Of a stretch of DNA of 64,000 nucleotides, positions 30,458 to 38,998 are shown piece by piece (position 1 is the stretch's first letter; each line of letters begins with the position of its first letter). The notes below the pieces were generated by a model that was not told where the DNA came from, made no database searches, and saw only the letters and a program-made list of their open reading frames with translations. This stretch comes from an uncultured Bacillales bacterium. GTDB taxonomy: Bacteria; Bacillota_I; Bacilli_A; RF39; UBA660. The stretch is from assembly GCA_946410555.1 (NCBI GenBank), contig CAMKAT010000003.1, positions 5,007-69,006 of the forward strand. Direction: 5' to 3'. The position numbers and the translations under genes were made by a program.

Positions 30458-31459
30458 TTATTTTTTAATTACTACAATTAAAAGATAAGCTAAACCAATC
30501 ATTCCAGCTACGCTTCCAACAATTTTAGCAACTTTAATAATTGTTGCTTTAGTATCAGCTTTAGCCTTTTTATTAATGTTTAATTTGTAAGTAGTAGATT
30601 CACCTTCATAAGTTACTACTACTTCAATTTTATTCATTCCTTCAACTAATTTATCAGAACTAATTTTTACTGTTGCATTTTCTTTATATGGTTTATAACT
30701 AAATTCTAAATTTGTAATATCTGAAGTTATTTCAATGTTATATTCAGTTTTATCACTATTAAAATCAAATTTAACACCTTTGATTGTTAATGATGCAAGT
30801 TTTGTATTTGAATCAGTTCTTGGGCTTGGTGCTAAAGTTGTAGTTTCATCTGTTACTGGTTCAGTAGCTTCTGTTGTAGGTTCTTCGGTTGGAGTACCAG
30901 TTGTTGGTTCTTCTCTAGGATTTTGAGCTTGAGTTGTACCTTGAGTTGGTTGTGTACCAGCTGGAGCTGTAGTTCCTTGAGTTGGTCTTTGAGTTGCTTG
31001 TGTTGGTTTAGTAGTCGCTTGAGTTGGATTACTAACTGCAATATTCTTTGATATTGTACCAGCATTAACTGTGTTATATTGACCACTTGAATTTATAGAA
31101 ACAAATTTAGCATCATTAACTTTAAAAGTCATTGTTCCTGCTTGAGTTGCTTTAATAACATAAGTTACAAATGTAACTCCATTAGGATCTTCTTCGTTTA
31201 TACATGTAAATTCACTATTAGTAACTGCCCCAGTTCCTAATTGAATACAAGATCCTACTGTAAAACTTTGAACTGTACCATTGTCAACATGAATTTTCCC
31301 TTCGCCACCACCAATTTTATTAGCTGAAGCTTTAACAGAGCATTTTGTTGTACCTCCAACTGTTAACGAATAAGATGTACAACTGATATCCATAGAATCA
31401 GCTTTTGCACTAATTGGAATAAGTATAAGTGCTAGTATAATAAGTATTTTTTTCTTCAT
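30458..31459 (-). CDS. Membrane-anchored candidate receptor/scaffold: N-terminal Cys-containing beta domain (possibly cohesin-like), Thr/Pro-rich linker, cadherin-like beta-sandwich, C-terminal TM
   Basis: Signal peptide MKKKILIILALILIPISAKA; SYSLTVGGTTKCSVKAS...AGTMTFKVNDAKFVSI; PTQATTKPTQ...TEEPTTEATEP linker; LASLTIKGVKFDFNSDKTEYNIEITSDITNLEFSYKPYKENATVKI; TM KIVGSVAGMIGLAYLLIVVIKK. Encoded inside the dockerin operon. Confidence 0.65.
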   Translation of the reverse strand: MKKKILIILALILIPISAKADSMDISCTSYSLTVGGTTKCSVKASANKIGGGEGKIHVDNGTVQSFTVGSCIQLGTGAVTNSEFTCINEEDPNGVTFVTYVIKATQAGTMTFKVNDAKFVSINSSGQYNTVNAGTISKNIAVSNPTQATTKPTQATQRPTQGTTAPAGTQPTQGTTQAQNPREEPTTGTPTEEPTTEATEPVTDETTTLAPSPRTDSNTKLASLTIKGVKFDFNSDKTEYNIEITSDITNLEFSYKPYKENATVKISSDKLVEGMNKIEVVVTYEGESTTYKLNINKKAKADTKATIIKVAKIVGSVAGMIGLAYLLIVVIKK

Positions 31460-31469
31460 AATGTTCTCC

Positions 31470-34400
31470 TTAATCTAAATTAGTTGTTTTTCCTTTGTAA
31501 TAATTATATAATCTCGACACATCACCGAGAGTTACTGAACTAGATCCCGTTATTTTTGCAGCTTCTAGTTGTTCAACATTAAGTGTTGTTTTCTTTTTGT
31601 AGTAGTTATAAACCTTAGAAACATCACTTAAATTAATAACTCCATCGCTTGTTACATCACCTTTTAGAATAATCTTCAAAGCGTACGATCCACTCTTAAG
31701 AGTATAACCTGTTCCTATGTACACGTTCGATGTTACCTCGTTATTATTTAAATTATACAACAAAATTGAGTTAGATGAAACAATATTATTCAATAATGTA
31801 TCTCTATTTAGCATTTTACTTGTTGGTTTTGCCTTAATATATTTGCTTGTCACTTGGTATTTAGTTGATTTTATAGAATCTAGATTACCATAATCATGTT
31901 CTTTTAAATACGAAACAACTTTATCTGCGATAGCTATAAATCCATAGTTACCAGGATGTGTCTCTCCACCACCAGCTTGAAGTATTTTTCTCATTCCAAC
32001 ATTTGTAATATATTTATCTCCAACGAATGAAGTATTTCTATTACATGAACTTGGTGTTACTCCTCTGAAAGGTTTCTTAGTAACTCCTCTATAAACACCT
32101 GAGTAATCAATTAACTCAATTCCAGTTGCTTCAGTAGCAGCTTGAATAGCAGCAATATTTTGTGAGTAATTATACCAACCAAATAAATAATATATTTTTG
32201 TTTCAGGGAATTCTTCTTTTACTCTATTAATTAAATAGGTAATATCAGTTTGGAATGTTATTCTTCTAGCAGCTGAATTAACATTATCTCCAAGTTCCAA
32301 GAATATTGTTTTAACTGGATTTGGTCCTTTATTATTCTTAATAGCATTAATAAACTTTTCAGCTTCAGCATTTCTTTCTTCAGAAGTTTCATATCCTTCC
32401 CAAGGGTTAGCTGTATATTTAACTGTTGTTAAATTAGGATTCATACTCTTTAAGTATTGCATTACATAATAGTAATAATCATCTTGAGTTGTTGTTGATG
32501 CCATACCATGTGTATCAAAACCTCTTAATAATGAATTTCCTAAGAATACAACTGTTTGATCATCAATCGAACGATGTGCATCATCAGATACTGTTCCTTC
32601 GAGTTCAACATCTAACATAATATTTGATATTGTATTACCACTCATATTAACACCATCTACTAAATGATAATGTTTTTGTGCATCCATATATCTATATTTA
32701 GCACCAGTAACAGTTACACTACTTGCATTAGATAACGATTTAACTTGATATGTAGTATTTTCATTAATATAAGCTTCATCATGAAGTGCATAGAATGTTT
32801 TATGATCACCATATACTACTGGTCTATAATAAATCAAATCTACATATTTTATTATCTCACTACCAACTTGTTCATTAGCAGCATCAACGAATGCTTTAAT
32901 TGAAGATGGTCCAAATATTCTCAATTGATATAAACCATTGAAATTATTAATTGGATTATTCGTAGAATCAAATGCGAAATCTACATTTTGTATTACTAAA
33001 CATTCTAATCTTGTACTATTGTATAAAGCTTCAACTCCTAGAGATACCGTTTTTTCTCCTAGGATAACTGTTTCAAGATGAGTACATCCTCTTAACATCT
33101 TATTAGGTACATTTACTACATTATTTGATAATACAAATAATTTCATTACCTTACAATTAGCAAATGCAGCTTCTCCGATAGTTTCAACACTATCAGGTAT
33201 AACCATATCAGTCATTAAAAGGAAAGTGAATGCATAACTTCCAATTGTTTTAACTTTATTTCCTTTGAACACTACTTTCTTAATGTTTGGTGCACTTGTA
33301 GAAGACGATGTTGCATTTCCTAAATATCCAGGAATATTTGTAACTTCAGGTCCAAATGTTAATGTAGCACCTGTTGCCCAAACACCTGCATTTCTAAATG
33401 CAGCGTTTCCACCAGTCATATTCTTTAAATTTTTAGAATTAATTACTATATCATTAATGTATTTAAGATCATTAAATGCATACTTACCAATCTTAGTAAC
33501 ATCTTCTCCGATTACTATCTTATGAATATAATTTGAATAACTACTCCATGGTGGAAGTGAATCTACTGTATAATCAGCCATATCACCAGAACCTGAGATT
33601 GTAAGTGTATGATTATTTAAGTTCAGTGACCAAGATGTACTTCCTGATGTACCACTCTTAGTACCAGTCGGATCACTTAAACCATCATATGCATAGAATT
33701 CATTATCTTTTAACCAATTCGTATCATATTTAAGTTGTGTACTATAAGGAATAGCTCCAACTGTCCAGTTAGTTGCTTCAGATGAACTTATTCTTCCTAA
33801 GTTTCTTGAAGTATAATTATAGAATCTATTATTTCTTACTGTTGGTATTGATTCTTCATAACCTGCAGTTAAATGTAACATCCAAATACCAACATCATTA
33901 CCTTTATTATCTTTTAATACTCCGGTAGTATCAAAAATATTATTTTCAATTAAGAATTCACCATTCATTGCAAGTTTATTATGGGCTGTTTCATGTCCAC
34001 CATCCCAAGCTTTTATTAATGCTTCATAACCATGTTCAGGTCTTGTTTCGGTGAATCCCATACCTGCGAATCTCATTATGTTATTTCTAAAATAAATTTT
34101 ATTTAAATATGTTCTATCTATACTTTTTAACCATTCACTTGTTATGGTTTCTGGTTTATTAACATCATTCCAATATTCAATGTTATAACTTGCATATTCA
34201 ATTACGTTATTATTAAAATCTACCTTTTCAACTGCTGAACTACCATCAGCTGCTGCAGTATATTGAAAAGTTAATCCAGCATCATATACTTCATAGATAT
34301 ATGAGTTTTCTACAACATAGCCTTCATCAACACTATAGTTATTTTTTGATGTAACACTTCCATATATTTCAACCGCATTACCTAATCTTAATGCCCAGTG

Positions 34401-35375
34401 ACCTTCAGCGTCATATTTTTGCACCATACCACCAATGTAAGACAATTCACAGTTTGATACTTTTAAGTTAGCAGTAGTTCCTGAATTAACACCATGACGA
34501 CCAGCATGTCTTATATCCAAGTTATCTACAACTAAATTAGTAATGCCTGCAGCATATATTCCACTGGTACCAACATTAAATTCAATTTCATCAAATCTAC
34601 TTGCTGGATTAGTGGCAGAATATACATATAAAGCACCACCAGTAGCAGAATTACCATTAGGATGTCCATAATGCATAAACTCTAAATCATGTTTTAAATA
34701 ATTACTAATATCCGCTTCTGTCTCTACGATATCATCATTAATTAATTTTTTTTGAGATATTTTATATTTTCTATCTCCCATGGTAGTAGTTCTATCACAA
34801 TTATTATTACCAGATTTACAGAAAAACCAAATTTCTCCGATATCTTTCTTAAATACTTGATCACTACCATCAACTGTATATTTCCAAATATTATTTTTAA
34901 CTTTTACCCATTCGCCAGTTTTTGTTCCATCATATGTTGACACATTAATGATTGGCTTAGCTTTTTTAGTATCACCATAAGAACCTAATGTTATGTTATT
35001 TTTTGAAACTGTTAATTGACCTCTGAATTCATCTCCCCTACGGAATAGAATAGTATCGCCTGCTGCTAAACCAGTTCCATTTATCAATTTTTGAACTCTA
35101 GAAAGTGTTTTAAAAGGTTTGTCTTCTGATTTACCATTATTAGTATCATCACCATCAGCTGATACATAGAAAACTTGACCAGTTCTTTTAGATATATCAG
35201 TATTACCTGTTGCTCTTATTTCTTTAATTCTTTGTTTAGTTAGATTAGTAACTTCAGTTTGAAGTGCAGTTTCCGAAAAAGTGTAACCAATAAAGAATGA
35301 GAGACTAAAAGCTATAATTGCACACACCATTACAATTAATACTTTTTTGTTTCTCATATATCTCATCTTGATCAC
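31470..35375 (-). CDS. Giant secreted multidomain protein A, paralog of B and C
   Basis: Likely start ATG 35366 or 35357. GQVFYVSADGDDTNNGKSEDKPFKTL, VFLGNSLLRGFDTHG, LELGDNVNS, HPGNYG, GDVTSDGVINLSDVSKVYNYYKK...VTLGDVSRLYNYYKG. Confidence 0.85.
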   Translation of the reverse strand: MIKMRYMRNKKVLIVMVCAIIAFSLSFFIGYTFSETALQTEVTNLTKQRIKEIRATGNTDISKRTGQVFYVSADGDDTNNGKSEDKPFKTLSRVQKLINGTGLAAGDTILFRRGDEFRGQLTVSKNNITLGSYGDTKKAKPIINVSTYDGTKTGEWVKVKNNIWKYTVDGSDQVFKKDIGEIWFFCKSGNNNCDRTTTMGDRKYKISQKKLINDDIVETEADISNYLKHDLEFMHYGHPNGNSATGGALYVYSATNPASRFDEIEFNVGTSGIYAAGITNLVVDNLDIRHAGRHGVNSGTTANLKVSNCELSYIGGMVQKYDAEGHWALRLGNAVEIYGSVTSKNNYSVDEGYVVENSYIYEVYDAGLTFQYTAAADGSSAVEKVDFNNNVIEYASYNIEYWNDVNKPETITSEWLKSIDRTYLNKIYFRNNIMRFAGMGFTETRPEHGYEALIKAWDGGHETAHNKLAMNGEFLIENNIFDTTGVLKDNKGNDVGIWMLHLTAGYEESIPTVRNNRFYNYTSRNLGRISSSEATNWTVGAIPYSTQLKYDTNWLKDNEFYAYDGLSDPTGTKSGTSGSTSWSLNLNNHTLTISGSGDMADYTVDSLPPWSSYSNYIHKIVIGEDVTKIGKYAFNDLKYINDIVINSKNLKNMTGGNAAFRNAGVWATGATLTFGPEVTNIPGYLGNATSSSTSAPNIKKVVFKGNKVKTIGSYAFTFLLMTDMVIPDSVETIGEAAFANCKVMKLFVLSNNVVNVPNKMLRGCTHLETVILGEKTVSLGVEALYNSTRLECLVIQNVDFAFDSTNNPINNFNGLYQLRIFGPSSIKAFVDAANEQVGSEIIKYVDLIYYRPVVYGDHKTFYALHDEAYINENTTYQVKSLSNASSVTVTGAKYRYMDAQKHYHLVDGVNMSGNTISNIMLDVELEGTVSDDAHRSIDDQTVVFLGNSLLRGFDTHGMASTTTQDDYYYYVMQYLKSMNPNLTTVKYTANPWEGYETSEERNAEAEKFINAIKNNKGPNPVKTIFLELGDNVNSAARRITFQTDITYLINRVKEEFPETKIYYLFGWYNYSQNIAAIQAATEATGIELIDYSGVYRGVTKKPFRGVTPSSCNRNTSFVGDKYITNVGMRKILQAGGGETHPGNYGFIAIADKVVSYLKEHDYGNLDSIKSTKYQVTSKYIKAKPTSKMLNRDTLLNNIVSSNSILLYNLNNNEVTSNVYIGTGYTLKSGSYALKIILKGDVTSDGVINLSDVSKVYNYYKKKTTLNVEQLEAAKITGSSSVTLGDVSRLYNYYKGKTTNLD

Positions 35376-35395
35376 TACTTCCTATTGTTAATTAA

Positions 35396-35404
35396 AGTAT
35401 AACA
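35396..35404 (-). promoter_or_regulatory. Extended -10 element TGTTATACT, candidate promoter of the dockerin operon
   Basis: Lies between the upstream FtsX-gene terminator and the start of protein A. Confidence 0.55.
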
Positions 35405-35417
35405 AAAAACAATAAAA

Positions 35418-35439
35418 AATGGAACTATAAAGTTCCATT
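35418..35439 (-). terminator. Terminator of the FtsX-like permease gene
   Basis: AATGGAACT-ATAA-AGTTCCATT then minus-strand TTTTTTATTG. Confidence 0.75.
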
Positions 35440-38071
35440 AAATATTATCATTTCTAATTGTTTCTATGATATTTTGATTTTTACACTTATTAACCGAGTA
35501 ATTCATTATTATAGAAATAAGCAAAAATACTCCGATTGAAGATATAATTATAGGCTTAACAGGAATTGAATAAGTTATTATTCCTTGGTTAAATGATTTA
35601 TATACTATATATGAAAGTCCAATACCTAAAGGTATACCAAATAATAATGATTTAATACCAATAAATAAACTTTCTAAACGAATCATATTATTGAATTCTT
35701 TCTTAGTCATACCAATTGACTTTAACATTGCAAATTCTTGTCTTCTTAAATTTATGTTAGAAGTAATTGTATTAAAGATATTAGTAATACCAATTAATGT
35801 AATTACAGTAATAAATCCATAAAGGAATATACCAATAAGTAATACTACATTTTGCATTTCTCTTACATTTTCATCTTTATTACTTAAAGTAAATTCTTCA
35901 CCCTTAAGAATATTTTCTAATTCATCTTGAGTTTTGATAGCATCACTTGATTGAATATTTATATTGATTGAAGTACTTCTAATGTTTTCATCTTTAAATA
36001 ATTCTTTCTTAAAGATATTCTTTTCAGCAGTTTTATTAATAAACATATAGTTTGTTCCTACTTCACTACCAACAAATCCAAATGGAAGTGTTTCTGTGAT
36101 TGTACCAATTTTTAAATCTACAACTTTACCTTTGATAGTATCTCCAGCTTTATAGTTAAAGGTATCTATTTTCTTTTTATTATTAGTAGTTTTACTATAG
36201 TTATAACACATTACTTTATTAACAAATACTCCAGCTTTATCATAATCTTTTGAAGATTCACCAAGACTATTCAAATAATCATTAAATGATTCGTCATCTA
36301 AAACTATTACATCAATATATGGTTCATAATATTGGTAATCATCACCTTTGAATTTTTTAAATTCTTCATTTACTTTTCCTTTTACAATATCAGTATCAAC
36401 ATCAAAATATACTGTATATTCTAGAGATAACTTTTCTACTCCAGTTACATTTTTTAAATCTAAATATTTTTTATATGTTTCATCAGTAGGATTAGTAATT
36501 GAAACATCAATATTATGATCACTTGCATTTACTTCTTCTTTAACAGAATCAATAGCTATCCCCATGAAGTATGATAATGCAATAAATACTGAAGTTGAAA
36601 TAACTATAGAAACAACTGTAGTTCTAAATTTTCTTTTATTTCTCTTCATGTTTTTAAAACTGATTTCTCCACCAATTTTAAAGATTTTAGAAATAATCTT
36701 AGGGCATTTAAGACTTCTTTTCTTTATCTTAATGTTACCACTGTTTCTTATTGATTCGATTGGAGATACCCTGGATGCTTTAAATGCACTTTTTAGAGCT
36801 GATAAATAAATAGTTATCATTCCTAAAATAATAGAAACCAATATTGCTAACCAAGATATAGAGAATCTTAATACTAAATCTTCACTATAAGAATTAGATA
36901 GTAATTTATTTGAAATAATCATTAAAATAAATGATGCAAATAATCCTAAGAATACTCCTAATGGAATACCAATGATTCCTAAGATTGATGCTTCATATAA
37001 TACATTCTTTCTTATTTGTCTCTTAGTAGATCCAATACTTCTTAACATACCATATTGTTTTATTTTTTCTGTAATAGAAATATCAAAACTATTCTTAATA
37101 CAGAATACAGAACATACAACAATTATTATTAATACAATAGCTACAACTCTTGAAAGGTCTCCCATAGCAGATCCTTGGATTGGATTTTTTTGAAGTCCAA
37201 TTAAATATTGATTAATATCAAATTTTGTATATTTCATGTTAGATTCTACTCTATCAAATATTTTTTCTGCTTCTTCAGTAGATATATCCGAAAATTTTCC
37301 ATTAATATATCTATCGAAGTCTTTTCTATCTACACCTTCAATATCAGCAAAGATATTGTAAGCATCTTTCATTTTATCTCTTTTAATAGTTAAATAAGCT
37401 GTTACTGAATCATTCTCATTAAATTCTTTTTTATAAGTAATAAAAGTATAACCAGGAGCTGAGTATGGCTCTATTGATGAAGATACTCTTCCTCCGATAC
37501 CAACAATTGTGTATTCTTTTTTTACTGTATCAACTAGTTCTTCACCTTCATGATCATATGGGTTGTTTTGGGTTAATTCTTCTGAGCCAGCCATTCTTTT
37601 ACCAACATTTAAAGTTATTTTATCTCCGATGTTTAATGACACTCTTCCGTTTGTACGAAGATGAGTTGGAATTACGACTTCAGAATCATTTTCTGGAAGT
37701 CTTCCTTCTTTAAGTTTAATTGGAAGTGTATTAAGTGCATCTTTATTAAGTGCAGTAATCGCAGCATATGGTTTATCTTTATTTTGAGATTTAATATCTG
37801 CATAACCGATAAGTTTTGATTCACTTACTTTTTCAACTGATTCATTTAGTTTCATTCTATCTATATCTGATTTAGTTACATCTCTAAATAAATAGTGATA
37901 GTTACCTGTTATTTTTATTTCATAATCTTCGATGGATTTTAAACCACTCATGTAAACTGTAGATACTGCAGTTAAAAGAGCAATAGATAAAATAATACCA
38001 ATGATAGTTACAATAGTTCTTTTCTTATTCAGTTTAAGATTTTTAATAGTTAATTTATTAAGTAAGTCCAT
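35438..38071 (-). CDS. FtsX-like permease, ABC transporter
   Basis: 877 aa; LKLNKKRTIVTIIGIILSIALLTA, central FKNMKRNKRKFRTTVVSIVISTSVF, C-terminal FtsX domain with ITLIGITNIFNTITSNINLRRQEFAMLKSIGMTKKEF. Confidence 0.95.
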   Translation of the reverse strand: MDLLNKLTIKNLKLNKKRTIVTIIGIILSIALLTAVSTVYMSGLKSIEDYEIKITGNYHYLFRDVTKSDIDRMKLNESVEKVSESKLIGYADIKSQNKDKPYAAITALNKDALNTLPIKLKEGRLPENDSEVVIPTHLRTNGRVSLNIGDKITLNVGKRMAGSEELTQNNPYDHEGEELVDTVKKEYTIVGIGGRVSSSIEPYSAPGYTFITYKKEFNENDSVTAYLTIKRDKMKDAYNIFADIEGVDRKDFDRYINGKFSDISTEEAEKIFDRVESNMKYTKFDINQYLIGLQKNPIQGSAMGDLSRVVAIVLIIIVVCSVFCIKNSFDISITEKIKQYGMLRSIGSTKRQIRKNVLYEASILGIIGIPLGVFLGLFASFILMIISNKLLSNSYSEDLVLRFSISWLAILVSIILGMITIYLSALKSAFKASRVSPIESIRNSGNIKIKKRSLKCPKIISKIFKIGGEISFKNMKRNKRKFRTTVVSIVISTSVFIALSYFMGIAIDSVKEEVNASDHNIDVSITNPTDETYKKYLDLKNVTGVEKLSLEYTVYFDVDTDIVKGKVNEEFKKFKGDDYQYYEPYIDVIVLDDESFNDYLNSLGESSKDYDKAGVFVNKVMCYNYSKTTNNKKKIDTFNYKAGDTIKGKVVDLKIGTITETLPFGFVGSEVGTNYMFINKTAEKNIFKKELFKDENIRSTSININIQSSDAIKTQDELENILKGEEFTLSNKDENVREMQNVVLLIGIFLYGFITVITLIGITNIFNTITSNINLRRQEFAMLKSIGMTKKEFNNMIRLESLFIGIKSLLFGIPLGIGLSYIVYKSFNQGIITYSIPVKPIIISSIGVFLLISIIMNYSVNKCKNQNIIETIRNDNI

Positions 38072-38073
38072 AA

Positions 38074-38745
38074 TTAAACCTCCTTAACAATATGTCCATC
38101 TTCGATTTTTATTATTCTATCTGCAACTTTAGCAATTTCCATATTATGAGTAATCATAATAATTGTTTGTTTGTAATCTTTGTTAGATTTTTTAAGTAAA
38201 GCTACAATTTCATCACTAGATTTAGAATCTAGGTTACCAGTTGGTTCATCTGCAAGTACGATTGTTGGATGAGTAATAAGTGCTCTACCTATTGAAACTC
38301 TTTGTTGTTGTCCACCAGATAATTCATTTGGTAAATGTTTCTTTCTTCTTTCTAAACCTAGAAGTTTAATTAAATCTTCAAGTTCTTCTTTATCTACTTT
38401 TCTATTATCTAATGATAATGGTAAAGTAATGTTTTCTTCAGCATTAAGAATAGGAATTAAATTATAAAATTGATAAATTAATCCTACTTGTCTTCTTCTG
38501 AAAATTGCTAATTTTTCATCATTTAAATTAAATATATCTTCACCATTAATATATACTTTTCCAGAAGTAGGTCTATCTACTCCTCCAAGAATATGAAGTA
38601 ATGTTGATTTACCAGAACCAGATGCACCAACAATTGCAACAAACTCTCCTTTATTTACCTTAAAACTGACATCATCAAGTGCTCTTACTTCAGTTGATCC
38701 TTTTCCATAAACTTTAGTTAAATTTTCTACCTTTAATATTTCCAT
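38074..38745 (-). CDS. ABC transporter ATP-binding protein (LolD/MacB-like)
   Basis: GASGSGKSTLLH Walker A, LSGGQQQRVSIGRAL signature, VLADEPTGNLD Walker B. Confidence 0.96.
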   Translation of the reverse strand: MEILKVENLTKVYGKGSTEVRALDDVSFKVNKGEFVAIVGASGSGKSTLLHILGGVDRPTSGKVYINGEDIFNLNDEKLAIFRRRQVGLIYQFYNLIPILNAEENITLPLSLDNRKVDKEELEDLIKLLGLERRKKHLPNELSGGQQQRVSIGRALITHPTIVLADEPTGNLDSKSSDEIVALLKKSNKDYKQTIIMITHNMEIAKVADRIIKIEDGHIVKEV

Positions 38746-38764
38746 AATTATTCACCTTTCATTA

Positions 38765-38902
38765 TTATATATTAGTTTCCATAATATTTATATCATTATT
38801 AATATCTTTAGCTGCCTCTTTTTCTAAAACTACATAAAGACCTGCTAAAGATGAGAACACCATAACACATACTGCTGTATAAGTGATTATAAACTTTTTC
38901 AT
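38765..38902 (-). CDS. 45-aa small membrane protein upstream of the FtsX/ATPase pair
   Basis: MKKFIITYTAVCVMVFSSLAGLYVVLEKEAAKDINNDINIMETNI; good SD (GGAGGAAAAAGT) upstream; missed by the ORF track because of length. Confidence 0.75.
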   Translation of the reverse strand: MKKFIITYTAVCVMVFSSLAGLYVVLEKEAAKDINNDINIMETNI

Positions 38903-38969
38903 ACTTTTTCCTCCTTTTTACAACTCCATTATATGAATCTAAAGTTACAAGTAAGTTACAAAATAAAAA

Positions 38970-38998
38970 AAGTTGTAAATTTTTAATATTTACAACTT
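38970..38998 (-). terminator. Hairpin terminator overlapping stop of 38990..39922
   Basis: AAGTTGTAAAT...ATTTACAACTT, 11-bp arms, T-rich tail on the minus strand. Confidence 0.75.

Noticed and set aside
30853-31086. Minus-strand 77-aa ORF MVNITQLMLVQYQRIL...KQLKDQLKELQLQLVHNQL
   Set aside because: Alternate frame of the Thr/Pro/Gln repeat linker in the 333-aa gene; its Gln/Leu-rich look is produced by ACA/CAA repeats.
22678-35375. CRISPR-like or satellite repeats across the dockerin operon
   Set aside because: The repeated sequence comes from three paralogous multi-kilobase genes and LRR/beta-helix coding repeats, with no short DR-spacer periodicity.
37465-37713. Minus-strand 82-aa ORF
   Set aside because: Out-of-frame inside the FtsX-like permease gene.
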